From the NCBI GenBank assembly GCA_964403835.1, contig CAYOHR010000004.1, forward strand, positions 44,553 to 108,552: 64,000 nt of DNA, in the 5' to 3' direction. Position numbers and translations under genes: made by a program. Positions 50,182 to 59,050 of this stretch are shown in pieces. The DNA comes from an uncultured Flavobacteriales bacterium. GTDB taxonomy: Bacteria > Bacteroidota > Bacteroidia > Flavobacteriales_G > JALEGO01. A model generated the notes under the pieces. That model saw only the letters and a list, made by a program, of their open reading frames with translations. It searched no databases and was not told the DNA's origin. The stretch's first letter is position 1, and each line of letters opens with the position of its first letter.

Positions 50182-51925
50182 AGCTGATTTTGTATTCTTT
50201 CGAATTTCCTACTTTATCATTCACAATCAGCTTAAAATCATAATATCCGTGCTCTTTGGGCATGTTTTCATCAAAATGATAAGTCAACGTATTGTTTTTA
50301 TACTCGTATTCCATTAAAACCCAAGTGTCATTAATGCTTGCATGATAGGTGCCTATACCCGATAAATCATCCTTCACTTTAAAAATAATAGTGTTTTGTT
50401 TCGAAATATTTTTTCCTTGCGAGATATTAACGGGATAAACCGTGGGTGCATTAACATCAACCGCAATGGCATAATCCCCAAAGTTTTTTACAGTACCTGT
50501 TACATAACCATCTTGGTATTTTCCTCCTTCATAGGCCACATAATTGCCTACATTGGCAATAAAACATTTGTTTTCATATTCTACAGGTAAATTCATTGCT
50601 TTAATAGAAACAGAAATCGCTTTATGAAGGGGTGTATTCACGTCGTGTATCTGATGAATGTTAGAGTACAAGCCTTTGCTCCCTTTTTTTAGCGAGTATT
50701 TAAAATCAATGTTATCATACAAGCTTCCTTCTGGTATTTCTATTTTACATTCCTCATTTTCAAATGCGTTGGGCTGGTTATAAAGAAAAAGATGTTTTAT
50801 AAAGGTAGAATCTACAATTTTTGCTATTTTTTCAGAAGCCAGGTACGTAGGTTTAACACTTTTAACCGTAAAAGAAAGCTCAGAAGTGTTGAAATGCGAG
50901 TCTTTTACAATGATTTTAATCGCATGATTTAACGAATCGTCGAAAAAGAAGATGCCTTCATTGACCAAATTTGAATAGGTTTTTAGATGATTTCCGGGCT
51001 CCACATAACAGCGTTGAATTTTCATTCCATATCTTCTCATAATTTCAAAATGAACCAAAGAATTAATATATCGGGTGTCATCAAATGCTACCTGATCTAA
51101 GGTATGTTTAAAATACGTCACTGAATCAATCAGTAATTCAATCGAATAAATACCACATTGATTGCTCGAATTGCATAAAAAATCCAAAGAAGAAATACCA
51201 AAGCCAACTTGTCCCGAAACTTCGATGGGTTTATAACTTGGGATAAAATATTTGCCATTGCTTCCGTTTGTTTTTAATAACAAATGCGTACTCTTTTTAT
51301 TAATAGTGGCCTCTTTATTGATTGGAAAAACGCCTAACATATAAATAGAAGGTTTAATATCATCTTTTATATCAAATCCAAATAATAATGGATTATAGGT
51401 TTCGTCGTCTTTATCCCTAATTTCGAAATGTAAATGCGGGGCAGAAGAGCTTCCGGTATTTCCGGAAATGGCAATAACCTGCCCTTTTTTTACCGGTAAA
51501 TCTGTCGAATCCGGAAATAATTCGATTTCGTAGGTCTTTTTTAGGTATTGATATTTTTTTAAATAATTTTCAAGGGTATCACTCAGTTTTTGCAAATGCG
51601 CATACACACTTACATACCCATTAGGATGCTGAACAGAAATAGATTTTCCATATCCCTTATGCGAAATTTTAATGCGAGATACGTATCCATCATAAATGCT
51701 GTATACATTTTTGCCTTCTACACCCCCTGTTTTAATATCTATTCCGCCATGAAAATGGTTGGGTCGAAGTTCAGCAAAATTGCCCGCCAGCAATATAGGT
51801 GTATCAACAGGAGGGGTAAAAACGCCCTTTGGAAATTTATCTTGCGCAAAACTCACATTTAAAAAAATGTTTATTGTGAGTATATATAGCAAACAAATCG
51901 GATATTTGTAGTTTCGTGTAAACAT
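50171..51925 (-). CDS. M23-family metallopeptidase (probable start 51925)
   Basis: FAELRPNHFHGGID, YAHL, GNTGSSSAPHLHFEIR. Confidence 0.88.
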   Translation of the reverse strand: MFTRNYKYPICLLYILTINIFLNVSFAQDKFPKGVFTPPVDTPILLAGNFAELRPNHFHGGIDIKTGGVEGKNVYSIYDGYVSRIKISHKGYGKSISVQHPNGYVSVYAHLQKLSDTLENYLKKYQYLKKTYEIELFPDSTDLPVKKGQVIAISGNTGSSSAPHLHFEIRDKDDETYNPLLFGFDIKDDIKPSIYMLGVFPINKEATINKKSTHLLLKTNGSNGKYFIPSYKPIEVSGQVGFGISSLDFLCNSSNQCGIYSIELLIDSVTYFKHTLDQVAFDDTRYINSLVHFEIMRRYGMKIQRCYVEPGNHLKTYSNLVNEGIFFFDDSLNHAIKIIVKDSHFNTSELSFTVKSVKPTYLASEKIAKIVDSTFIKHLFLYNQPNAFENEECKIEIPEGSLYDNIDFKYSLKKGSKGLYSNIHQIHDVNTPLHKAISVSIKAMNLPVEYENKCFIANVGNYVAYEGGKYQDGYVTGTVKNFGDYAIAVDVNAPTVYPVNISQGKNISKQNTIIFKVKDDLSGIGTYHASINDTWVLMEYEYKNNTLTYHFDENMPKEHGYYDFKLIVNDKVGNSKEYKISFKI

Positions 51926-51947
51926 TGTATTAAAGTATAACAAAAGA

Positions 51948-53174
51948 ATGAAAAAATTCGATATCCCCGAAGAATATCAGAGTAGTTTTATCAAAAAAAT
52001 AAAACAAATAAGAAAAGAAAAAGATCCAAAAAAGAAAGATTTTTCTCCTACTAGGCTCAATTTTGGGGCTTTAGAAATTATTATGGCTCGGCATTTTGGC
52101 TTTTGTTATGGCGTAGAAAATGCCATAGAAATTTCTTACAAAGCGGTGCGTGAAAATCCGGAAAAAAACATTTATTTGTTAAGTCAAATGATTCATAATC
52201 CGCATGTTAATGCCGATTTATTAAGTAAAGGAATTACCTTTATTATGGATACTGAAGGGAAACAGCTTATTCCCTGGGACCAAATTAAATCCGAAGATGT
52301 AGTGATTATTCCTGCTTTTGGAACCACCGTTGAAATTGAAAAGAACTTAGTAGCCAAAGGCGTAAATATCGAAAAGTATAATACCACTTGCCCTTTTGTT
52401 GAAAAAGTATGGAAAACATCCGATAAATTGGGAGATAAGGACTATACCATCATCATTCACGGCAAGCATAATCACGAAGAAACACGGGCAACGTTTTCCC
52501 ATGCAAAAGAAAAATCACCCAGCATTATTGTGAAAGATTTGTCGGAAGCAAAATTTTTAGCTGAATTTATGTTGGGAAACCTTTCGTTAGTAGAGTTTCA
52601 GATCAAATTTCAAGATAAATTTTCATCCAATTTCGATCCTTTAAAAGACTTGGTTCGTGTGGGAGTAGTCAACCAAACCACCATGTTAGCCACGGAAACA
52701 CAGGCCATTGCTGATATGATGAAAGAAACCATGAAACAAAAATATGGCGAAGATCAATTTTTAGATCATTTTGCCGATACACGCGATACCCTTTGTTACG
52801 CAACCAATGATAACCAGGACTCTACCTATGTTTTATTGCAAGAAAAAGCAGATTTAGCCATGGTAGTTGGGGGGTATAACAGTTCTAACACCCAACATAT
52901 TGTGGAGCTTTGCGAAGAAAAATTACCAACGTATTTTATTTCTTCTGCGGCAGAAATTATTTCGAAAGATATTATTCAGCATTTTGATTTGCATCAGAAT
53001 AAAGTGATAGAAACACAGAATTATTTTAAAAATCAAGATAAAATTACTCTTTTGCTAACTAGCGGAGCCTCTTGCCCCGATAGTATTTTAGAAGAAATTA
53101 TTCATAAATTACTGGGCTTTTTTGAAGTGCAGTTTGATGAAGATGTTTTGAATAAAAGTTTGCAAGCTATTTAA
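51948..53174 (+). CDS. ispH: 4-hydroxy-3-methylbut-2-enyl diphosphate reductase (Bacteroidota long form)
   Basis: FGFCYGV, MIHNP, TTCPFV, HEET, NQTT, DTLCYAT, GGYNSSNT, TSGASCP. Confidence 0.95.
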   Translation: MKKFDIPEEYQSSFIKKIKQIRKEKDPKKKDFSPTRLNFGALEIIMARHFGFCYGVENAIEISYKAVRENPEKNIYLLSQMIHNPHVNADLLSKGITFIMDTEGKQLIPWDQIKSEDVVIIPAFGTTVEIEKNLVAKGVNIEKYNTTCPFVEKVWKTSDKLGDKDYTIIIHGKHNHEETRATFSHAKEKSPSIIVKDLSEAKFLAEFMLGNLSLVEFQIKFQDKFSSNFDPLKDLVRVGVVNQTTMLATETQAIADMMKETMKQKYGEDQFLDHFADTRDTLCYATNDNQDSTYVLLQEKADLAMVVGGYNSSNTQHIVELCEEKLPTYFISSAAEIISKDIIQHFDLHQNKVIETQNYFKNQDKITLLLTSGASCPDSILEEIIHKLLGFFEVQFDEDVLNKSLQAI

Positions 53175-53194
53175 ATACGAGGTTTGTTGGGTTG

Positions 53195-53228
53195 AATCCA
53201 TCGCCGAAAGGGGCGAAAGATTTTTTTT
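53195..53228 (+). terminator. Probable intrinsic terminator after ispH
   Basis: AATC-CA-TCGCC-GAAAGG-GGCGA-AA-GATT followed by a T run. Confidence 0.55.
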
Positions 53229-53272
53229 AATAATTTACCTCATTTAAAATTCGGAAAATCCTATTGTTTTAG

Positions 53273-53280
53273 TATATTTG
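53273..53280 (+). promoter_or_regulatory. -7 promoter box (TATATTTG) for the SRP RNA
   Basis: Exact TAnnTTTG match 3 nt before the SRP RNA terminal stem. Confidence 0.75.
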
Positions 53281-53283
53281 CAC

Positions 53284-53383
53284 GGGGTAAGTCCTGTACG
53301 ACCAGCTCCTGCTGAACTCCCCCAGGCTGGGAACGGAGCAAGGGTAGGTGGTTGTAGCGGTGCGATGCAGGTCAGCTTACCCC
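53284..53383 (+). ncRNA. ffs: Small bacterial SRP RNA (4.5S)
   Basis: Terminal stem GGGGTAAG/CTTACCCC; conserved helix-8 core CAGG-CTG-GGAA-CGG-AGCA; GC-rich 100-nt hairpin with its own promoter. Confidence 0.9.
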
Positions 53384-53403
53384 TTCTTTAAATTATAAGT
53401 ACT

Positions 53404-54270
53404 ATGCGATCATTAAAATATCTTTTTTTAGGCAATATTTTTATTTTGTTTTTATTTTCTTGTCAAACAGAAGAAACTACTAAGGTTGATCCTGAAAAGG
53501 AAAAACTTTTTCAAGATGTGCAGTCGCTGCGACTAGAAAGCGCCGATAAAGATTCTTCTCTAAACCAGGTGTTAAAATATTTTAATGATATTGAAAGCAA
53601 TTTAGAAGAAATTAAGAAAAGAGAAGGTTTAATTTCTATGGCTTCTAATAACAAAGCCGAAATGACCAACGATAAAAAAAGCCGAATTATTGAAGATATT
53701 CAAATGATTAATGCTTTATTAGCAAAAAACAAAGCTAAAATTTCTGAACTACGAGGTTTATTGAAAAATAAAGGTCTTGAAATGGAAGAATTAAATAAGA
53801 TGATTGAGCGCTTAAACGCTGATGTAACCACTAAAAATGGTGAAATAGCTGTTTTAAAAGATGAATTATCTAATTTGAAAATTTCATACGAACTTCTTTC
53901 GATGGAAAATTTAGAGAAGTCTGAATTAATTAGCATTCAAAAACAAGAATTAAACACTGCTTTTTATTGTTTTGGAACATCTAAAGAATTGAGAACCAAA
54001 GGAGTATTAACTAAAGAAGGTGGGTTTATTGGCTTAGGAAAATCTGATAAAGTATCAGAAACCATTAATCAAGAGTATTTCACAAAAATTAATGTTACCG
54101 AAACCAAGCAAATTGATGTTTTTGCAAAAGAAGCTAAACTAATCACCACGCATCCTGCCGGAAGTTATGAGTGGCAAGGAAGTGCTAACAAAAAAGATCG
54201 TTTAATTATAAAAGATATAGCCAAATTTTGGAGTGTTTCTAAGTATTTGGTGATTGTTGTTGAGCAATAA
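53404..54270 (+). CDS. Coiled-coil lipoprotein (Cbp1-like family candidate)
   Basis: Lipobox LFS-C, long heptad coil, C-terminal YCFGTSKEL..GGF.G..YFTKI..LITTHP..SY..FWSVSKYLVI. Confidence 0.6.
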   Translation: MRSLKYLFLGNIFILFLFSCQTEETTKVDPEKEKLFQDVQSLRLESADKDSSLNQVLKYFNDIESNLEEIKKREGLISMASNNKAEMTNDKKSRIIEDIQMINALLAKNKAKISELRGLLKNKGLEMEELNKMIERLNADVTTKNGEIAVLKDELSNLKISYELLSMENLEKSELISIQKQELNTAFYCFGTSKELRTKGVLTKEGGFIGLGKSDKVSETINQEYFTKINVTETKQIDVFAKEAKLITTHPAGSYEWQGSANKKDRLIIKDIAKFWSVSKYLVIVVEQ

Positions 54271-54336
54271 ATTGGTCTTAATCTGCAAGCAAAAGGGTCT
54301 TCTATCTTACCGCCTTTGTCTTACTACTTTTAATAT

Positions 54337-56838
54337 TTGATCCCTGACTCGGTGACCCCCAACTTGCCACTTGCCACTTGCGACTTTATATACATAGAAG
54401 TTATTCTCCCGCTTTCTATTCCTAAAACCCTTACGTTTAAAGTTCCTGTTGCACAAAAAAATCAGCTCGAACTGGGGAAAAGAGTGGTTGTTTCCATCAA
54501 AAAGAGTAAGCTGTATACGGGCATTATCTGGAAAATTTACGACGAGTTTACACCCGAATACGAAATTAAAGAAATTGAATATATTTTTGATGAAATAGCT
54601 ATTGTTAATGCCAAACAAAGAACCCTTTGGCAATGGATGGCCGATTATTATTTAGCATCCCTAGGTGAGGTTATGATTTCTGCCTTACCTGCTTATTTAA
54701 AACTAAGCAGCGAAACCACCGTTATTCTTCCTAATGAGTTGGTGGCAGCGGATTTGTCCGATAAAGAGCGCATGATTTATGCCTTTGTTAAAGACAAAAA
54801 AAGCGCTTCGACTTCTGATATTCAAAAATACCTTCAACAAAAAAATGTGTTGCCCATTTTAAAAGGACTGTTCGAAAAAGGTGTCTTATTGATTGAAGAG
54901 CAGTTAAAAGACCGCTATAAAATAAAGCAAACGGCCTATGTAGGCTTTCATCCCTCTATTTTGGATGATGCCGATTTAGAGAAAATATTTCAGCAATTGG
55001 AGAAAAAAGCTCCAAAACAAGTACAGATTCTCTTGTTTTTTGTACAACAAATAAAAGAAGGAAAATGGAACGAAATTGAAATAAAAAAGTCGCTTTTACT
55101 AAAATCTACCGAAACTTCGGAGGCCGCTTTACAAGGCTTAGTGCAAAAAAATATTCTCCAAATCAATTATCATCGCGAATCGCGCTTAGTTATTTCAAAG
55201 GTTTCTAACCATGTGTTTCCGGTGTTAAGCAGTGATCAAAATGAAGCCCTGAAAAAGGTGCAAGAAAACTGGAAAAAGACGGATACCGTTTTATTGCATG
55301 GGATCACCTCTTCCGGAAAAACAGAAGTTTATATTCATTTGATTCAGAAGGAATTAGATGCCGGAAAGCAAGTTTTATTCTTATTGCCCGAAATTGGTCT
55401 GACCACACAAATGATTGAGCGGTTAACACGCTATTTTGGAGCAGACGTAGGTGTTTATCACTCACGCTTTAGCGATGCTGAACGCACCGAAATTTGGGAG
55501 AAACAAATGAGTTTAAAGCCCTATAAAATTATTTTGGGTACTCGTTCTTCACTTTTTTTGCCCTTTCAGGATTTGGGACTTATTATTGTGGATGAGGAGC
55601 AAGAATATTCCTATAAGCAGATGTCTCCTTCTCCGCGCTACCACGGGCGAGATTCGTCCGTCATGCTGGGGCAAATTCACCAGGCAAAGGTTTTATTGGG
55701 ATCGGCCACTCCCTCTTTTGAAAGTTTTTACAATGTACAAAAGGGCAAATATGGCATGGCTAACCTTTCGGTGCGGTTTAGTCAGACAAAACTTCCCAAA
55801 ATTGAAATTATTGATATCAAACAGGCGACCCGTAAAAAGCAGATGAGGTCTCATTTTTCTGATGTTTTATTAAATCAAATTAAAAGCACCTTAGAACAAA
55901 AACAAAAAGTGATTCTTTTTCAAAACCGAAGAGGTTTTTCCCTGTTTTTACAATGCGATTCGTGTGACCACATCGAAAAATGCAAAAATTGCGATGTTCA
56001 TTTAACGTATCATAAAAGTGAGCGAAAATTAAAATGCCATTATTGCGGATACTTTTTACCGGCTGATATTGCTTGCCGTTCGTGCGGCAGCGTAGATATT
56101 AAAGTACGGGGTTTTGGAACCGAAAAAGTAGAAGAAGATTTGCAAATATTTTTTCCCGAAGCTAAAATTCAGCGCATGGATTTAGATACCACCCGGGGTA
56201 AAAATGCTTTTCAACAAATTATTTCTGATTTTGAGTCGGGAGAGATTGATGTATTGGTAGGCACGCAAATGGTCACCAAAGGGCTCGATTTTAAAGAAGT
56301 GGGTTTGGTGGGGATATTAAATGCAGATAACCTCCTGAATTTCCCCGATTTTAGGACAAATGAGCGATGTTTTCAATTAATGACACAAGTAGCAGGTCGG
56401 GCAGGAAGAAATGGTGAGGAGGCCTGTGTAATGATCCAGACTTTTACTCCGCATCACCCTGTTTTTTCAAAAGTGATTGAAAACGATTACCTCGGAATTT
56501 ACGAAAAAGAGATGGAAGAGCGCTTTCAATATGGTTATTCGCCTTATGTACGCATGATTTCCCTTTCTTTGCGGTGCAAAAGTAAAGATGTGTTAGAAAA
56601 AGGGGCAGATGCCTTTGCTTCTCTGCTTCGGCAACATTTAAAATCATTGGTTCTGGGACCCGAATTCCCTTATATTGAGCGCATTAAGAACCTATATCAA
56701 AAAAATATTTTAATAAAGGTGATCGATAAAAACGCAGTGATGCAGGAAAAACAGACCATTAAAAATATTGCTTTATCCTTTTCCATAGACCCTAAATACC
56801 GGTCTATCTTTATTTCAAAGGATGTTGATCCGCTATAA
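54337..56838 (+). CDS. priA: Primosomal protein N' (start uncertain: TTG at 54337 or 54364)
   Basis: LLHGITSSGKTEVY, LLPEIGLT, IVDEEQE, Zn-finger CDSC..CKNC..CHYC..CRSC, VGTQMVTKGLDF, QVAGRAGR. Confidence 0.95.
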   Translation: MIPDSVTPNLPLATCDFIYIEVILPLSIPKTLTFKVPVAQKNQLELGKRVVVSIKKSKLYTGIIWKIYDEFTPEYEIKEIEYIFDEIAIVNAKQRTLWQWMADYYLASLGEVMISALPAYLKLSSETTVILPNELVAADLSDKERMIYAFVKDKKSASTSDIQKYLQQKNVLPILKGLFEKGVLLIEEQLKDRYKIKQTAYVGFHPSILDDADLEKIFQQLEKKAPKQVQILLFFVQQIKEGKWNEIEIKKSLLLKSTETSEAALQGLVQKNILQINYHRESRLVISKVSNHVFPVLSSDQNEALKKVQENWKKTDTVLLHGITSSGKTEVYIHLIQKELDAGKQVLFLLPEIGLTTQMIERLTRYFGADVGVYHSRFSDAERTEIWEKQMSLKPYKIILGTRSSLFLPFQDLGLIIVDEEQEYSYKQMSPSPRYHGRDSSVMLGQIHQAKVLLGSATPSFESFYNVQKGKYGMANLSVRFSQTKLPKIEIIDIKQATRKKQMRSHFSDVLLNQIKSTLEQKQKVILFQNRRGFSLFLQCDSCDHIEKCKNCDVHLTYHKSERKLKCHYCGYFLPADIACRSCGSVDIKVRGFGTEKVEEDLQIFFPEAKIQRMDLDTTRGKNAFQQIISDFESGEIDVLVGTQMVTKGLDFKEVGLVGILNADNLLNFPDFRTNERCFQLMTQVAGRAGRNGEEACVMIQTFTPHHPVFSKVIENDYLGIYEKEMEERFQYGYSPYVRMISLSLRCKSKDVLEKGADAFASLLRQHLKSLVLGPEFPYIERIKNLYQKNILIKVIDKNAVMQEKQTIKNIALSFSIDPKYRSIFISKDVDPL

Positions 56839-56859
56839 ATGACAGGAAGAAAGTGTGAA

Positions 56860-57333
56860 TTAATCTAATCTTTCGATTTTTACCTTGGCTTTGCCGGACG
56901 AAATAATATCTAATTCTTTGGCCGCTAAATACGATAAGTCAACGACTCTTCCTTTTACAAAAGGACCCCGATCGGTTACTGTAACAATAACAGAATCGCC
57001 ATTTTCGAGCTTAGTAATTAATAATTTAGTGCCAAAAGGCAATGTTTTGTGTGCGCAGGTTAAGGCGTTTTGATTAAAGATTTCGCCACTGGCTGTTTTT
57101 CTTCCATGAAATTTTTTTGCGTAAAAAGAGGCAATTCCTTCTTCTACAAACGTTTTTTTAATTTCATTCGCAGCGAGCTTCGAAAATACTTCCAAATCCT
57201 TATACCCTCCCACTAAGGTATTGGCGGTTATAATGTACTCTCCCATTAAATAATTCTGAAGTTTTTCGCAGGTTTGTGCATACATCACTCCATTCAAAAA
57301 AAGGGCACATATCAATATTAAAAATGTTTTCAT
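56860..57333 (-). CDS. rlpA: RlpA-family (DPBB) lytic transglycosylase-like protein
   Basis: [40 protein letters not shown]. Confidence 0.85.
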   Translation of the reverse strand: MKTFLILICALFLNGVMYAQTCEKLQNYLMGEYIITANTLVGGYKDLEVFSKLAANEIKKTFVEEGIASFYAKKFHGRKTASGEIFNQNALTCAHKTLPFGTKLLITKLENGDSVIVTVTDRGPFVKGRVVDLSYLAAKELDIISSGKAKVKIERLD

Positions 57334-57350
57334 TTTAATAAAATATGATG

Positions 57351-57358
57351 CAAATATA
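57351..57358 (-). promoter_or_regulatory. -7 promoter box (TATATTTG) for rlpA
   Basis: Exact match 17 nt upstream of the ATG. Confidence 0.55.
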
Positions 57359-57652
57359 CAAAAAAATATTTAACGACACACTAATAAAATCTGTTAATGG
57401 CTAATAATACAGAATTATATGTTGAAAAATAAAACATATTTAAAACATTAAATTAAAAACAGCTCATTTGTCTTATAAAAACGATGCCGACCCTTGCTCC
57501 CTTGTACTGGTGTTAATAAAAGTTAAAAGAAGTCGGTAAAAGCCCGATTTGATCCTGTAAAACATGGAAAAAATCTTTTCATAAATGGGAAAATCTATTC
57601 GTTAAAAGCGATGAATCTTTTGTATATGTTTATTTTCTATTTTACAATTCAG

Positions 57653-57660
57653 TACTTTTG
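57653..57660 (+). promoter_or_regulatory. -7 promoter box (TACTTTTG) for the radical SAM gene
   Basis: Exact match followed by an A-rich 11-nt leader and the ATG. Confidence 0.55.
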
Positions 57661-57671
57661 TAAAAAAAAGA

Positions 57672-58964
57672 ATGAGCAAGCCCAAACAAGTGCCCTTTAT
57701 GTTATTTGCAGATGCAGAAGGTAACATTATAGAAAGCCCTAAACATTTATGCGTTGGAAGGATAGGGGACAGAACGGTTACTCTAAAACCCGATGATTTT
57801 ATAGAGTTGCCCTATGGCAGCGAATTGTTTTTTCTTCCGAAAAGAAATCCGTTTGGATTAAATATTAAAACCAATACCATCGAATTATTTGAGGAAGGAA
57901 CGGCTGTTTCTACCTTTGCTTCTCCTGCTTATACACAAACGTATTTATCGGCCTACGAAACCAAAGAAAAAGCACCAATTTTGCCTTTGTATGCATACAC
58001 CGCAGTAGGTTGGTTAGATGATAAGTTTTATACTACGGCGGTTCGTATCGACCCGGATATTCGGCAAGATAATGTTCAGTTTGAACCGCATATCATTAAA
58101 AAACAGGTTAAACGAATTCAGAAAAAATACCCGGGAAATAAACTGGTTGATCATTTGACCAATAATTGCGCCTTAAATTATAGTTGCCGGGCCGCTCAAA
58201 ACTTTGTGTTGGGTCGCTGGGAATGCCCTATTCCGTCTTCTCCGGCGTGTAATGCCGAGTGTTTAGGATGTATCTCCCTTCAACCGGAAGATCATAAAAT
58301 ATCTTCCTCTCATTTTCGATTAAAATTTACCCCCGATCCGAAGGAAATTGCTGAAATTGCGATTGATCACTTAGAAACCGCGCCTACTCCCATTGTCAGC
58401 TTTGGACAAGGGTGCGAAGGCGAGCCTCTTTTGGTTTGGGAAACCATACAGGAGGCAATTATTCTCATTCGTGAAAAAACAAAAAAAGGAATCATCAATA
58501 TGAATACCAACGGAAGTAAACCCGAAACCGTTGAAAAACTATGCAAGGTAGGTTTACAAAGCATCCGGGTGAGTATGAACAGCGCTCAAAAAGAGTGGTA
58601 TACTCCATACTATTTACCTCGCAATTACCAGTTTGAAGATATTAAAGAATCCATTAAAAGAATCCGAAAATATGGAGGTTGGGCATCCATTAATTACTTT
58701 ACTTTTCCGGGTTTAACCGATACAGAAGTAGAGTACCAGGCATTGCGTAACTTCATCAAAGAAACGGATTTAACCATGATTCAGTGGCGAAATTTTAATA
58801 TTGACCCCGATTGGTACATCAAAAAAGCAAAAATGGAAGTGCCGCAAGAGAGCATGGGTGTAGCCAATTTGATGAAAAAAATTAAAGAAGAATTTCCACA
58901 CATTGCATATGGATATTTTAATCCGATTGAAGAAACGCAGCAGAAGTATTTGGCAATGAGGTAA
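57672..58964 (+). CDS. Radical SAM protein of uncharacterised family
   Basis: CNAECLGC (CxxxCxxC), SFGQGCEGEP, NTNG, SIRVSMNS; extra Cys residues upstream. Confidence 0.88.
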   Translation: MSKPKQVPFMLFADAEGNIIESPKHLCVGRIGDRTVTLKPDDFIELPYGSELFFLPKRNPFGLNIKTNTIELFEEGTAVSTFASPAYTQTYLSAYETKEKAPILPLYAYTAVGWLDDKFYTTAVRIDPDIRQDNVQFEPHIIKKQVKRIQKKYPGNKLVDHLTNNCALNYSCRAAQNFVLGRWECPIPSSPACNAECLGCISLQPEDHKISSSHFRLKFTPDPKEIAEIAIDHLETAPTPIVSFGQGCEGEPLLVWETIQEAIILIREKTKKGIINMNTNGSKPETVEKLCKVGLQSIRVSMNSAQKEWYTPYYLPRNYQFEDIKESIKRIRKYGGWASINYFTFPGLTDTEVEYQALRNFIKETDLTMIQWRNFNIDPDWYIKKAKMEVPQESMGVANLMKKIKEEFPHIAYGYFNPIEETQQKYLAMR

Positions 58965-58970
58965 TTACAA

Positions 58971-59035
58971 TAGATTCTTCCTTCGTCAGAATGACACCGT
59001 TTGTTATCATGTTATCCTGACGGAGAAAGGATCTA
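58971..59035. repeat. REP-like imperfect palindrome
   Basis: TAGATTCTTCCTTCGTCAGAATGACA ... TGTTATCCTGACGGAGAAAGGATCTA; the arms are near reverse complements. Confidence 0.75.
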
Positions 59036-59050
59036 ATAAAACAACAACAC

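Noticed and set aside
51925-51948. Very short head-to-head gap between the M23 peptidase and ispH
   Set aside because: Compact divergent arrangements with short leaders are ordinary in Bacteroidota.
57480-57570. GC-richer patch (GCCGAC...GTCGGT) as a riboswitch for the radical SAM gene
   Set aside because: It matches no aptamer I recognise, and a -7 box lies downstream of it, 11 nt from the ATG, so it is probably not in the 5' UTR. The 19-30-codon minus-strand ORFs here are unconvincing.
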